Shown here in pieces: positions 18,788-28,525 of a stretch of 64,000 nt of DNA; the stretch's first letter is position 1; each line of letters starts with the position of its first letter. A program made the position numbers and the translations under genes. Source of the DNA: an uncultured bacterium. Its GTDB lineage: Bacteria; Actinomycetota; Acidimicrobiia; Spongiisociales; UBA5794. The DNA lies in contig CAWDDT010000006.1 of NCBI GenBank assembly GCA_963801165.1, positions 64,001-128,000 on the forward strand, given 5' to 3'. The notes under the pieces were generated by a model. It had not been told where the DNA came from. It saw only the letters and a list, made by a program, of their open reading frames with translations, and did no database searches.

Positions 18788-19642
18788 TCAGGCTGTCGGC
18801 ATGCCTTTGATCTCGGGGAGGATTCGTTCGGCCACGATCTCGGCGACCCTTACCGGTGCATCGCACGGTGGTATGTAGACGATGTTCTCAGTAAAGCCGG
18901 CGTTCATGTACCCGTGAAGCAGGTCGACCATGGCAGAGGGTTCCATATCGTTGAAGCGCGGCTGGACGGAGCGCTTGATCTCCGTTGGGTCGCGGCCGAT
19001 CGCGGCACAGTGTTGATCGAGGATTGCGGCCTTTCGGGAGACATCCTCAACCGAGCCGACAATATTCCACACATCGGCATGCTCGGCGACGACGCGTAGC
19101 GTGAGCTTCTCACCTCCGCCGCCGATCCAGATGGGTGGGTGCGGCTTCTGGAGCGGCTTTGGATTCGAAACCGCGTCGGTGAGCTTGTAGTACCGACCCT
19201 CGTAGGACGCCTGTTCCTCAGTCCACAGCTTCCGGCACACCGTCAGGGCCTCGCCGAGCCTGCGGACGCGCTCGCCCGCCGAGTAGAACGGTATGCCGAG
19301 CATCCTGTGTTCGATCTCCGCACCACCCGCCCCGAGCCCGAACTCGAGCCGCCCTCCCGAGAGGTGATCGATCGTAGTGGCAATCTTGGCGAGTAGCGCG
19401 GGGTGGCGGTAGCCGTTACCGGCAACCATCAGCCCGATACGCACGCGTGTCGTCGCCTCTGCCATCGCCGCCAGGAGGCTCATGCCCTCGAACATGTCTC
19501 CGGTGACGTCGGCGAAGATCGGGTTGAGGTGGTCAAAGCCCCAGAGATGATCGAAGCCGGCTTCGTCCGCAATGCGCCAAACGGCATGCAGATCGGCTAT
19601 CGAACAGTTCTGCGGCGAGAGCTTGAGACCGAGCGTGACCAC
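18788..19642 (-). CDS. LLM-class (probably F420-dependent) oxidoreductase
   Basis: WGFDH, YRHPALLAK, GGRLEFGLGAG, PPIWIGGGGEK. Confidence 0.9.
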   Translation of the reverse strand: MVTLGLKLSPQNCSIADLHAVWRIADEAGFDHLWGFDHLNPIFADVTGDMFEGMSLLAAMAEATTRVRIGLMVAGNGYRHPALLAKIATTIDHLSGGRLEFGLGAGGAEIEHRMLGIPFYSAGERVRRLGEALTVCRKLWTEEQASYEGRYYKLTDAVSNPKPLQKPHPPIWIGGGGEKLTLRVVAEHADVWNIVGSVEDVSRKAAILDQHCAAIGRDPTEIKRSVQPRFNDMEPSAMVDLLHGYMNAGFTENIVYIPPCDAPVRVAEIVAERILPEIKGMPTA

Positions 19643-19776
19643 CCGACGAGGCTACCAGCGCCGGCCAGACAGTGGTGGTCGCACGATGCGCTCACGGTCT
19701 GAGACGTGGTGGGTGGTGGTCGACACCGGGTGTAGGGTCTGTGCCGTCGGAGCCATCGAGCAGGCGGGCGGGGACG

Positions 19777-20412
19777 GTGATCGTGGGCGATCGTTCAGGG
19801 TCTGATCTGAGAGTGCTCCATGTGCTGCGATGCATCGGTGTGGCCGGAGCGGAGAGGTTGGCAACGGCAGCGGGGCTCGACCTGAGCGACACCGACAGGA
19901 TGCTGAGGGAGCTCTCGGACCGGGGTCTCGTCGAATCCGATCCCGGGCCTTTTGGTGGTTGGAGCCTCACCGACAACGGCCGCACGGTCGAGCAGGAGAT
20001 GCTCGATGGAGAGCTAGAGCGTGCCCGGGCGCGAGATGATGTGCTTGCGTGCTACGAGTCGTTCATGGGTCTGAATCCGAGACTGCTCGAGATCTGCAGT
20101 GCATGGCAGATGTGGCGGGTCGGTGACACTTATATCCCCAACGATCATGGCGACCCGGACTACGACTGTCGGGTGCTTTCCCGGCTCGTTACGGTCGATG
20201 GGGGAGCGCAGCGGATCTGCGCCGACCTGGCCCGACGCTTGGCGCGCTTCGGTGTCTACGGGGACCGTCTTGCGTTTGCCCTCGAGCGGGTGAAGGGCGG
20301 CGATCACAACTACGTCGCAGACAACATGGATTCATATCACACGACCTGGTTTCAGCTCCACGAAGACCTGCTCACGACACTCGGAATCCCGCGTGACGGC
20401 CGGCCGGCCTGA
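19777..20412 (+). CDS. MarR-like winged-helix protein of the actinobacterial SYH.W.LHEDL family
   Basis: N-terminal wHTH; C-terminal DSYHTTWFQLHEDLL; start uncertain. Confidence 0.7.
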   Translation: MIVGDRSGSDLRVLHVLRCIGVAGAERLATAAGLDLSDTDRMLRELSDRGLVESDPGPFGGWSLTDNGRTVEQEMLDGELERARARDDVLACYESFMGLNPRLLEICSAWQMWRVGDTYIPNDHGDPDYDCRVLSRLVTVDGGAQRICADLARRLARFGVYGDRLAFALERVKGGDHNYVADNMDSYHTTWFQLHEDLLTTLGIPRDGRPA

Positions 20413-20521
20413 GGGGTGCAGGAACTGGGTGTGGTCGACCCGACCTCGGGTCAGGCGCGGCCCGGTTCGGCTGACTAGTCGCAGCTGCCGGGCGAGATCG
20501 GCCGCCCAATGAGCGGAAGTG

Positions 20522-20773
20522 CTACCGCCGTGGCGCGCGTGGCCTGGCTTCGTTGACCGAGAGCCGCCGGCCATCCACCTCATGACCGTTGAGCTCCTCG
20601 ATGGCTCGTGCGGCCTTCGTCGAGTCGGTGATCTCGACGAACCCGAAGCCACGGGATCTGCCGGTCTCACGATCGGATATGACCGATGCCGACTCGAGGT
20701 CGTAGCCGGAGAAGAGGTCGCGAAGATCGCTCTCTCGAAAGCTGAAAGGGAGATTGCCCACGTAGATGTTCAT
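20522..20773 (-). CDS. RRM (RNP-1) RNA-binding protein, copy 2
   Basis: IYVGNL, RSRGFGFVEI, VNEARPRAPRR. Confidence 0.95.
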   Translation of the reverse strand: MNIYVGNLPFSFRESDLRDLFSGYDLESASVISDRETGRSRGFGFVEITDSTKAARAIEELNGHEVDGRRLSVNEARPRAPRR

Positions 20774-20824
20774 AGTTGTCCTTGTTCTGGCGGAGACGCC
20801 TTCGCGTGAACGGTTGAATTGGTG

Positions 20825-20907
20825 CTCGGATCCGACTCCGCCTCAGTCCAGACCGAGGGTAGGAGAGAAGTGCGTCGCCGCCCTAGCAGCGGAAGGGACC
20901 ATACCAG
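20825..20907 (-). promoter_or_regulatory. Extended -10 promoter and conserved structured 5' leader of RRM copy 2
   Basis: TGGTATGGT, GCTGC-TAGG-GCGGC, CACTTCTCTCCT, CTCGGTCTGGACT...AGTCGGATCCGAG. Confidence 0.8.
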
Positions 20908-20973
20908 GACGGGAAGGGTTTGTCCGCCGACATGACCGTCTTGGCCGTCCCCGGGGCGATTTCGCCGACGAGA

Positions 20974-21552
20974 TCACCCGGGAGCTCGCTCGTTGCGCTG
21001 GGCCGCGGCAGCGATCTTGTCGATGCGAGCGGCCCTTGTCTCCGGGCGCCTGGCCAGAGCCACCCACGCCAGCATCTGCTTTCGCGCCGAGGGGGGGAAC
21101 GCCGCGAAGTTCTCGGCGGACGGCGCGCGGAGCGCAAACGCGGCGTCGAGGTCGTCGGGCACCTCGAGCCGCTCGGCCGAATCGAGGATCTCCCAGTATC
21201 CGTTCTCCTTTGCTGCCTCGACTGCGGCGATGCCCGCGGGCATCATCCGACCTTGGGCCGTAAGCCGGGCAACGCGAGCCTTGTTCGTCGCTGCCCACGG
21301 GCTGCGCGCTTTGCGGGGAGCGAAGTAGAGCTTGCCGCGGTCCTCGTCGAATCTGCCCGCGGTGCTGTCAACCCATCCGAAACAGGTTGCCTCTTCTATG
21401 GCCTCCTCATAGGAGAGGCCGGGATGACCGGCACCGGCTCGCCACGTGACGAGCCAGCAGCCTGTGGCGTCGGCGTGGTGGTTGTCCAGCCATGCTCGCC
21501 ACGTAGCACGATCGTCGGCGTGAACGTAGGGGGCATCGTCAAGTGCGGACAT
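20974..21552 (-). CDS. YdeI/OmpD-associated family protein
   Basis: WRAWL..HH, EEATCFGWVDS, SPWAATNK, VPDDL, ARRPETRAARI. Confidence 0.9.
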   Translation of the reverse strand: MSALDDAPYVHADDRATWRAWLDNHHADATGCWLVTWRAGAGHPGLSYEEAIEEATCFGWVDSTAGRFDEDRGKLYFAPRKARSPWAATNKARVARLTAQGRMMPAGIAAVEAAKENGYWEILDSAERLEVPDDLDAAFALRAPSAENFAAFPPSARKQMLAWVALARRPETRAARIDKIAAAAQRNERAPG

Positions 21553-21559
21553 GTTCCGA

Positions 21560-23221
21560 TTATCGCGGCGGATGCGATGGGTTGTCAGCGCGTGGCCCAT
21601 CCGCGCGAGGGAGTGTGAGGCTGAACACGCTCCATCCATCGCGACGCTCGTAGCGGAGCTCTCCGTCCATCAGCTGTGCCAGCTTCCTCGCTACGGTGAG
21701 ACCAAGCCCGATCGAGGCTGGATTCCCTGTCGCGGCTTCGGATCTCTGGTAGGCGTCGAAGATGCGTGATTCGTCGCCGCTGGGAACACCGTCGCCGTTG
21801 TCCCGAACCTCGATGCAAACATAATCGTCGACGTAGCCGTAGAACAGTTCTATTCGTCCGCCCCCGTGCCGGCGGGCATTCACGACGAGATTTCGCAGGA
21901 TCTGCCGCGACCGGGAGTCGTCACACCAGGCTAGGACCGGCTCGTCTGGTGCGGCGACCTCGATGGCGAGATCCGAAGCCAGCGGCTGTAGCACTGAGGT
22001 GACCTGGGTGCCGATATCGACGGTCGTGCCCACGACGACGAGGTTGTCGAGGTCGGCACGGGCAGCAACCAATAGATCCTCGACGATGGCGACCACCTCG
22101 CCGGCCTGTTGCGCGAGCAGGGTGTGCAACTCGGCGATCTCATTTGCGCTCAGGTCGGCACTGTTGCCGCGCAGCTCTTCGCTGAGCCCGTAAACGACGC
22201 TGAGCGGGGTCCGCAGCTCGTGCGACACCGAAGCAACGAACTCGTCCTTCGAGCGGATCTGTTCTTCGAGTTGGCGGCGGTACCGGGCCGCGGCGGTGAC
22301 ATCGATGGCAACCCCCACCGTGCCGCGCCGGACGCCGAAGCCGTCGATTTGCGGCCGGTGGCGCACCGCAAAAGACACATCACCGAGCGTTATCTCGTGG
22401 ACGCTGTCCGTCGGGGACGACAGGGCCGCTCTGACCATGTCGAGCACCTCGGGGCTGCCGGCATAGACATCGGCAACGTTGAGCCCGACCACCTGTCCGG
22501 GTTCGAGGCCGAGGAGACGCAGGCCGGGGCCCTCGGACAGCGTGAATACGCCGTCATTATCGATCGCATAGAGCACGATCGGCGTGCTGTCGACAACGGT
22601 GTGGAGGCGCGATTCCTTCTCCCTCAGGTCGGCGTTCAGCCTCTCCCGCTCGTGTACCGCTGTCGCTGCCGTTGTCGTCATCAGGAAAGTCGCTCCCAGA
22701 TACACAACCACGGCGATGGCGACGACCACCTCTTGCCGACTCTGGCTCAGGGCGGCGCCGGTGACCGGGAGATCGAATGAGAGGACAGCAAGGCTCCACA
22801 GAGCCGCGTAGCCCACAACGGAAATCGACCAGCGTCGAGATAGGGCGAACACAGCCGAGACGAGGTCGTAGAACAGCGGTGCAACAATGATCACATGGGG
22901 CAGGTTGGTGAGCAAGACGGCTGCGCCCGTGACGGTGACATCGAGGAGCAGGGCTCCCAGCACCTGGTGTCCAGCACCCGGACGGAGACGGCGCAAGCCG
23001 TCGAGAAGGGCTAGGAACGCGGCGCCGGCAACGACCCACCCCCCCGGCCAGGTCCACAACGCGCCGAGAAACACCCCGCACACAACCAGCGCGGCGGCGG
23101 CCACCATCCGGGACCGCAGGTATCCGGTAGCCATGTCGAACTGGCCGAGGCTCTCCGATCCGAGAGCAGTCGGTACCGGGTGCGATGGCGCGTATGCGGA
23201 TGTATGAGTACGCTCGGTCAT
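21560..23221 (-). CDS. Membrane PAS-domain sensor histidine kinase (no adjacent regulator)
   Basis: TM region, PAS, SHELRTPL, NLVVNA, DNGDG, GLGL. Confidence 0.92.
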   Translation of the reverse strand: MTERTHTSAYAPSHPVPTALGSESLGQFDMATGYLRSRMVAAAALVVCGVFLGALWTWPGGWVVAGAAFLALLDGLRRLRPGAGHQVLGALLLDVTVTGAAVLLTNLPHVIIVAPLFYDLVSAVFALSRRWSISVVGYAALWSLAVLSFDLPVTGAALSQSRQEVVVAIAVVVYLGATFLMTTTAATAVHERERLNADLREKESRLHTVVDSTPIVLYAIDNDGVFTLSEGPGLRLLGLEPGQVVGLNVADVYAGSPEVLDMVRAALSSPTDSVHEITLGDVSFAVRHRPQIDGFGVRRGTVGVAIDVTAAARYRRQLEEQIRSKDEFVASVSHELRTPLSVVYGLSEELRGNSADLSANEIAELHTLLAQQAGEVVAIVEDLLVAARADLDNLVVVGTTVDIGTQVTSVLQPLASDLAIEVAAPDEPVLAWCDDSRSRQILRNLVVNARRHGGGRIELFYGYVDDYVCIEVRDNGDGVPSGDESRIFDAYQRSEAATGNPASIGLGLTVARKLAQLMDGELRYERRDGWSVFSLTLPRADGPRADNPSHPPR

Positions 23222-23409
23222 CGTCAGCTATCTATCGTGGTTCCGTTTCGTACCTATCGGCGCCTTCGGCTCGTTCCTGAGCCGACACTGATTGGTTCCG
23301 GTTCCATCCTCGGAAGACGCAAACAGATGATCGCTCAACCGGGGCGCAATCGATAGGGTCCTCGAGACAAACGCGGGTCTGGCTCGAGTACGAGGTGGTG
23401 GCGCAGAAG

Positions 23410-24624
23410 ATGACAGGCAACACCGAGAGCATGCTTGCCCGATTCCGGCGTCGTTTCTGGCTCCCGCCGCGTGCCCACGGAGAAGTGATCCTCGATCGAA
23501 GCGTCAGCTTCCTGGAACTGTTCTACGACCTCGTCTATGTCGTCGTGATCTCCAGGGCGGCACACACCCTGGCCGGCAGCGTCAGTTGGCGGGCCGTGGG
23601 TGAGTTCGCAGCCATCTTCGGGCTGATATGGCTCGCGTGGTTGAACGGAACCTTGTATTACGAGCTCCACGGCCGCGAAGACGGCCGGACGCGGCTATAC
23701 GTCTTCGTGCAGATGCTGCTGCTGGCCGTGCTGGCCGTGTTCACCGGTGATGCGGCCAGCGGCGGCGGGGCGCCATTTGCGGTTGCCTATGCGGGTTATC
23801 TGGCCGTGCTCAGCTGGCTTTGGTACACCGTGCGGCGGCGCGACTCGGACGAGTACATGGCCATCACGGGCCGCTACCTCATCGGGATGGTGGCTTCAAT
23901 CGCAGTAGTCGCCGCCAGTGCGCTGCTCCCCGCATCAACGCGAACCCTTGTGTGGGGGGCGCTTGTCGTTGGCTGGGTGGTCCTGTCCACTCTGATCGCC
24001 CGGTCGAACAAGCTCGTCTTCGGCGTATCCGTCACCGACTCGATGGTGGAGCGATTCGGGCTCTTTGTCATCATCGTCCTCGGCGAGATGGTGGTTGGTG
24101 TCGTCGACGGCCTTTCCGCAGGCGGGCGCTCGGTTCGTCCCCTGGCGACCGGGATGTTGGGTCTGATCGTCGGGTTTGCGTATTGGTGGACGTATTTCGA
24201 CTACGTAGGTTCCCGTCTCCCGTTCGACACGCCCCGAATCCGGATGCGGTGGATGGTTGCGCATCTGCCGGTGTCGATGTCGATAGCAGCGGCAGGCGCG
24301 GCCATGGTGAGTCTTGTCCGGCATTCGGCCGACGCGGCGACGCCGGTGGCGACTTCCTGGCTGCTCACCGGTGCGGTGACAGCCGGTCTCCTCTCGCTGG
24401 TACTGGTCATGAGCACACTGCGCGACGCCGAGATCGAGCCCACCCTGTACCGTCCGGTTTCGCGGGCACTTGTGGGTGCAGCCGCTATTTCACTCGGCTG
24501 GGGGTGGCTGCAACCGGCGCCGTGGCTGCTGGCACTGTTACTGGTGGTGACGCTCGGCGTGGTGTGGTTGTTCGCCGTGGACCGGTGGCTTCGTCTCGAT
24601 GAAGGTAAACAGACGCCCGGATGA
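23410..24624 (+). CDS. Low temperature requirement protein A (LtrA) family
   Basis: SFLELFYDLVYV, ERFGLFVIIVLGE, WWTYF. Confidence 0.88.
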   Translation: MTGNTESMLARFRRRFWLPPRAHGEVILDRSVSFLELFYDLVYVVVISRAAHTLAGSVSWRAVGEFAAIFGLIWLAWLNGTLYYELHGREDGRTRLYVFVQMLLLAVLAVFTGDAASGGGAPFAVAYAGYLAVLSWLWYTVRRRDSDEYMAITGRYLIGMVASIAVVAASALLPASTRTLVWGALVVGWVVLSTLIARSNKLVFGVSVTDSMVERFGLFVIIVLGEMVVGVVDGLSAGGRSVRPLATGMLGLIVGFAYWWTYFDYVGSRLPFDTPRIRMRWMVAHLPVSMSIAAAGAAMVSLVRHSADAATPVATSWLLTGAVTAGLLSLVLVMSTLRDAEIEPTLYRPVSRALVGAAAISLGWGWLQPAPWLLALLLVVTLGVVWLFAVDRWLRLDEGKQTPG

Positions 24625-24631
24625 GCCACAG

Positions 24632-26110
24632 TCAGTCGATTTCGAGCGATGAGTACTCGACGGCGCGGCTCTCCAGTATCTCGCGATTGCGACGTCGCCC
24701 GGGAAGGAAGAGCGCCAGCACGGTGGCGACGATGGCGCCGGCGAAGGCAACGTGGAACACCAGGTTGTAGGCGTTCTGGAGTTGCTCGGGATCGGTCGTT
24801 GGTGAACCCGTGATCGATCCGACGCGGGAGATGACGAGGCTGGACAGCACGGCCACGCCGATGGCGCCTGCGATCTGGCGGTTGAGTGAGCGGACCGCCG
24901 AGGCGCGGGCCACCCAGCGGTTGGGGAGCGAGTTCATAGCCGCGACCGTGTTCGGTATCAGCGCCAGACCGGTGCCGGCGCCCTGGATCAGCAAGTAGGT
25001 GAGGATTCGGCGCGAGGAGGTATCGGGGGTGAGTGATCCGAGCAGCCAGACAGCGGTTGCGATCATCGCCAGGCCGACGGTTACCGGGATGCGGGCTCCA
25101 AGGCGGTCCGCGATCCTTCCCCCGAAGGGCATGGTGAGTGCCGTTCCTGCCGCCGCGGGTGCGAGGAGCAGGCCTGCCTCGAATGCGGTCATCCGGTGAA
25201 CGGTCTGCAGCTCGATGGGGATGAAGACAAGACGGGCGAACTGGGCGACGGTGATCAGCCACACGATCGCGATCGTTACTGCGAAGGTTGGCACGGCGAA
25301 CATCCTCATCTCGAGCAGCGGGCTGCTCGATGTGATCTCCGACCGCACAAACAGCGCCAGCAGCAATGTGCCGACGACCAAAGGAATGAGGAATCTCGCC
25401 GATCCCCAACCGTTGTCAGGTTCCCAGTCGAAAGCGAGCAGGAACGCGACCAGCCCGGTCGCTGCCAGCAGCCAGGCTTGCCATGCCAGCCGGCGCCGCT
25501 CGCGGAAGCCGACGTCGCGCAACAGGCGGATCGCCAGCGTCACGCCAATCACGCCGATCGGCACGTTCACGGCGAACACCCATCGCCACGAGACGCTGCT
25601 GGCTATCCAACCGCCGGCGACCGGCCCCACCGCCGGGGCGGCCATGGCGGCAATACCCCAAATGCCGAGCGCGGTGCCGCGCCTGTGCGGTGGGAACAGT
25701 TCGTAAAGCATGGCAAGGCCGACCGGCATCATCGCACCGCCGCCGATCCCTTGCAGTATCCGGAATCCGATGAGTGTCGCGAGGTTGGGGGAGAGGGATG
25801 CCAGGAGCGATCCGATGCCGAAGAGAAACAGGCTCCACGTGTAGGTGGCTTTCTTGCCGAAACGGTCGCTGATCCAACCGGTGGCGAGCTGCGCAACGCC
25901 GACTGCGAGCAGATACGCGGTGACGACCCACTCGATGCCGTGAGCATTGCCTAGCTCCTCGCCAATCGACGGCAGGGCAACGTTCACGATGGTGGTATCG
26001 AGGATCACCATGAACGTGCCGGTGAGAACGACGGACATCGCTATCCACGGGTAGCGGCGCTGCGCCCGGGTCGCCTCGTCGGGTGGCGGCTTGGCTTGTG
26101 TCTGGGACAT
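24632..26110 (-). CDS. DHA2-family MFS efflux transporter
   Basis: LDTTIVNVALP, GWISDRFGKK, GPVAGG, WRWVFAVNVP. Confidence 0.92.
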   Translation of the reverse strand: MSQTQAKPPPDEATRAQRRYPWIAMSVVLTGTFMVILDTTIVNVALPSIGEELGNAHGIEWVVTAYLLAVGVAQLATGWISDRFGKKATYTWSLFLFGIGSLLASLSPNLATLIGFRILQGIGGGAMMPVGLAMLYELFPPHRRGTALGIWGIAAMAAPAVGPVAGGWIASSVSWRWVFAVNVPIGVIGVTLAIRLLRDVGFRERRRLAWQAWLLAATGLVAFLLAFDWEPDNGWGSARFLIPLVVGTLLLALFVRSEITSSSPLLEMRMFAVPTFAVTIAIVWLITVAQFARLVFIPIELQTVHRMTAFEAGLLLAPAAAGTALTMPFGGRIADRLGARIPVTVGLAMIATAVWLLGSLTPDTSSRRILTYLLIQGAGTGLALIPNTVAAMNSLPNRWVARASAVRSLNRQIAGAIGVAVLSSLVISRVGSITGSPTTDPEQLQNAYNLVFHVAFAGAIVATVLALFLPGRRRNREILESRAVEYSSLEID

Positions 26111-26208
26111 GCGGTTTGGCTCCGGTGCAGGGCAGGCGGAACATCCTACCGACCGGGCTCTCGTTGGCCCTACGAACAGCGCCCTACCGGGCGACGTAAG
26201 ATCGAGTC

Positions 26209-26562
26209 GTGAACATCGAGTACCCGGGATTTGGTCGGATCCTTGTCGACGGAGTCCAATACGAGCATGACATCGTGCTCGAGGACGGCGCCGTCCGGCC
26301 GCGGTCCAAGAAGCCCTCCCGCCACTTGAAAGAGGGTTACGGGCACACGCCGTTGACCGAGGCCGAATCGATACCGTGGACCCGGCCCCGGCTGATCATC
26401 GGGTCGGGCTATTCGGGGATGCTCCCCATCATGTCGGGGGTCTACGCCGAGGCAGAAGCAAACGGGGTCGAGTTGGATGTCATGCCGACCGCTGAGGCGT
26501 GTGCGCTGCTGCGCACCACGGAAGGCGCTGTGGCGAACGCGATACTGCACGTTACCTGCTGA
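26209..26562 (+). CDS. Mth938-like domain protein
   Basis: FGRILVDG..YEHD, IIGSG..G, terminal LHVTC. Confidence 0.8.
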   Translation: MNIEYPGFGRILVDGVQYEHDIVLEDGAVRPRSKKPSRHLKEGYGHTPLTEAESIPWTRPRLIIGSGYSGMLPIMSGVYAEAEANGVELDVMPTAEACALLRTTEGAVANAILHVTC

Positions 26563-26583
26563 CGATACCTGCCGGCGATCCGC

Positions 26584-27234
26584 CTACAGGCGCCCGGTCT
26601 CGTAGGCCCACATGGCCAGCTCCACCCGGTTCCGGGCCTCGAGCTTCGTCATCAGGCTGGATAGATGCGTCTTGACCGTGCTGAGGCTGATGTGAAGCTC
26701 CTCGGCGATCTCGGTGTTGGTGTGGCCCTTAGCAACGGTCAGCAACACCTCCTCTTCGCGCTCGGTGAGCGGCCATGCGGGCTGGATCGGCCGCGCCATA
26801 TCGGCCGTGTTTGCGAATGTGGCCAGAAGACGAGCGGTCACGCTCGGGGAAATGAGAGCATCTCCGTCGGCAGCGGCGCGGATGGCCTGGACCAGCAGCT
26901 CAGGTCCGGCGTCCTTGAGTAGGAAGCCGCGGGCGCCGGCTTTTAGCGCGCCATGGACGTACTCGTCGAGATCGAAGGTAGTGATGATGACAATCGCCAT
27001 TGGCTCGGCGACATCGGGGCCCGCGAGCACCCTGGTGGCTTCGATGCCGTTCATCTCGGGCATCCGGATGTCGAACAGACAGACGTCAGGTCGTAGACGG
27101 CGCGCCATTGCCACCGCTTCGACGCCATCGCGCGCCTGGCCGACCATTTCGATGCCCGGCTGGGCATCGAGGATCATGCTGAGCCCGGTGCGCACGAGCT
27201 CCTGATCGTCGGCGACCAGAACCCGGATCGTCAC
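26584..27234 (-). CDS. NarL/LuxR-family response regulator
   Basis: VADDQ, DIRMP, GFLLK, C-terminal LuxR HTH. Confidence 0.95.
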   Translation of the reverse strand: MTIRVLVADDQELVRTGLSMILDAQPGIEMVGQARDGVEAVAMARRLRPDVCLFDIRMPEMNGIEATRVLAGPDVAEPMAIVIITTFDLDEYVHGALKAGARGFLLKDAGPELLVQAIRAAADGDALISPSVTARLLATFANTADMARPIQPAWPLTEREEEVLLTVAKGHTNTEIAEELHISLSTVKTHLSSLMTKLEARNRVELAMWAYETGRL

Positions 27235-28373
27235 GGTGTACCTCCCCGGCGGGGAACCACGGCTTCCACGAACCAGCCTTGCTCAGGGTGAGGGCCTGCC
27301 GAGAACGAGCCGCCCAGTAGCTTGACCCGCTCGGCCATACCGGCGAGCCCGAACCCGGCATTGGCGCCCGGCGGCGCAGGAGAGACGCCGTCATCACGCA
27401 CCGAGAGCCGCACCGAGTCCTCGTCGCCGATGACGCGCACAAGGACACTTGTCGCTGCCTGAGCGTGCCGGCGGGCGTTTGTCACGGATTCCTGCGCCAG
27501 CCGGTAGACCGCGGTGTCCACCGGTGCCGGCAGGCCGGTGAGGTTGCCGATCAGTTCCACCTCCACGATGGGGTTCGCCGTCTTGTCGGTCAGGCGCTTG
27601 ATGTCGGCTACTCCAGGCTGCGGCGCCAGGTCGACGGGCTCACCACGGCGCAGCACCCCGACCATAGAGCGCATTTCGGCGAGGGTGCGGGACGCCTCCC
27701 TTTCGATCACGTCCAGCGCTCGGAGCGCTGCGTCAGGATCGCCGGCGGCGACGGTCGTTCCGGCCTGCGCCTGGATCGCGATGGCCGAAACGTGGTGGGC
27801 GACCGTGTCGTGAAGCTCACGAGCTAGCTGTTCTCGCTCCTGGAGCCGAGCCTGTTCGACCGCGCGGTCCAGTGATGTCCTCCGGTATCGAACGGATGCG
27901 CCGACCGCGCCCAGGAACAGCAGAAAGATGCTGCCCCCGATGGCGTCGCTCAGCAAGACGCTGTCGTCCACAATGGCAATCCAGGGGGTTATCACCATGA
28001 CGGACAGACCAATGATGGCATCCCGCCCCGAGCCCCAGCGCAACAGGCTGTAAGGAAGCACCACAATGAACGCCGCGCTGTAGATGCCGTCGCTGACCGC
28101 TCCGGCGAGCGTGGTGCCCAAAGTCAGCGCAATCCCGACGCCGAACACTGTCGCGGTGACCGCAAGCGGGCGGGTGCGGCGGAACGGCAGGACGAGAGCC
28201 GCCATCGCGACGTAGAGCAATTGGGCTTCCTTCCACGGCAGGGTGCGCAACGCCGACTCGGCGATGGCGGCGATGACGACCGCGGCGGTGAACCACCAGT
28301 CCCATTTCCCCGGTGGCGGCGGGTTGGGCACTGCTGGCTCGGTCCACGCAGATCGGAAGGCTCGTCGCATCAC
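27231..28373 (-). CDS. HisKA_3 membrane sensor histidine kinase
   Basis: ARELHDTVAH, QESVTNARRHA, DDG, GFGLAGMAER. Confidence 0.95.
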   Translation of the reverse strand: MMRRAFRSAWTEPAVPNPPPPGKWDWWFTAAVVIAAIAESALRTLPWKEAQLLYVAMAALVLPFRRTRPLAVTATVFGVGIALTLGTTLAGAVSDGIYSAAFIVVLPYSLLRWGSGRDAIIGLSVMVITPWIAIVDDSVLLSDAIGGSIFLLFLGAVGASVRYRRTSLDRAVEQARLQEREQLARELHDTVAHHVSAIAIQAQAGTTVAAGDPDAALRALDVIEREASRTLAEMRSMVGVLRRGEPVDLAPQPGVADIKRLTDKTANPIVEVELIGNLTGLPAPVDTAVYRLAQESVTNARRHAQAATSVLVRVIGDEDSVRLSVRDDGVSPAPPGANAGFGLAGMAERVKLLGGSFSAGPHPEQGWFVEAVVPRRGGTP

Positions 28374-28411
28374 TTCGCAGCGTAGAGGAAAGGGCCATCA
28401 CGACGGATCAG

Positions 28412-28500
28412 CCGGAAGTACGACTTCGGGCTCGGCCGTGCGGCCGGATGGATAGTGGCCGTACTCCCGATGGCGAGGCGGGTCTCTTTCGAGACGATGC
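28412..28500 (+). promoter_or_regulatory. Putative response-regulator-activated promoter of the MMPL gene
   Basis: CCGGAAGTA / CCGATGGC / GACGATGC with the same spacing as 6480-6568; divergent from the TCS. Confidence 0.55.
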
Positions 28501-28525
28501 CGGCGACTTCTGAGAAGGAGAGGAA

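Noticed and set aside
26540-26580. Sec readthrough at LHVTC-TGA (and DDAC-TGA at 4578)
   Set aside because: LHVTC is a normal end for this family; no SECIS-like hairpin or continuing domain was seen in either case.
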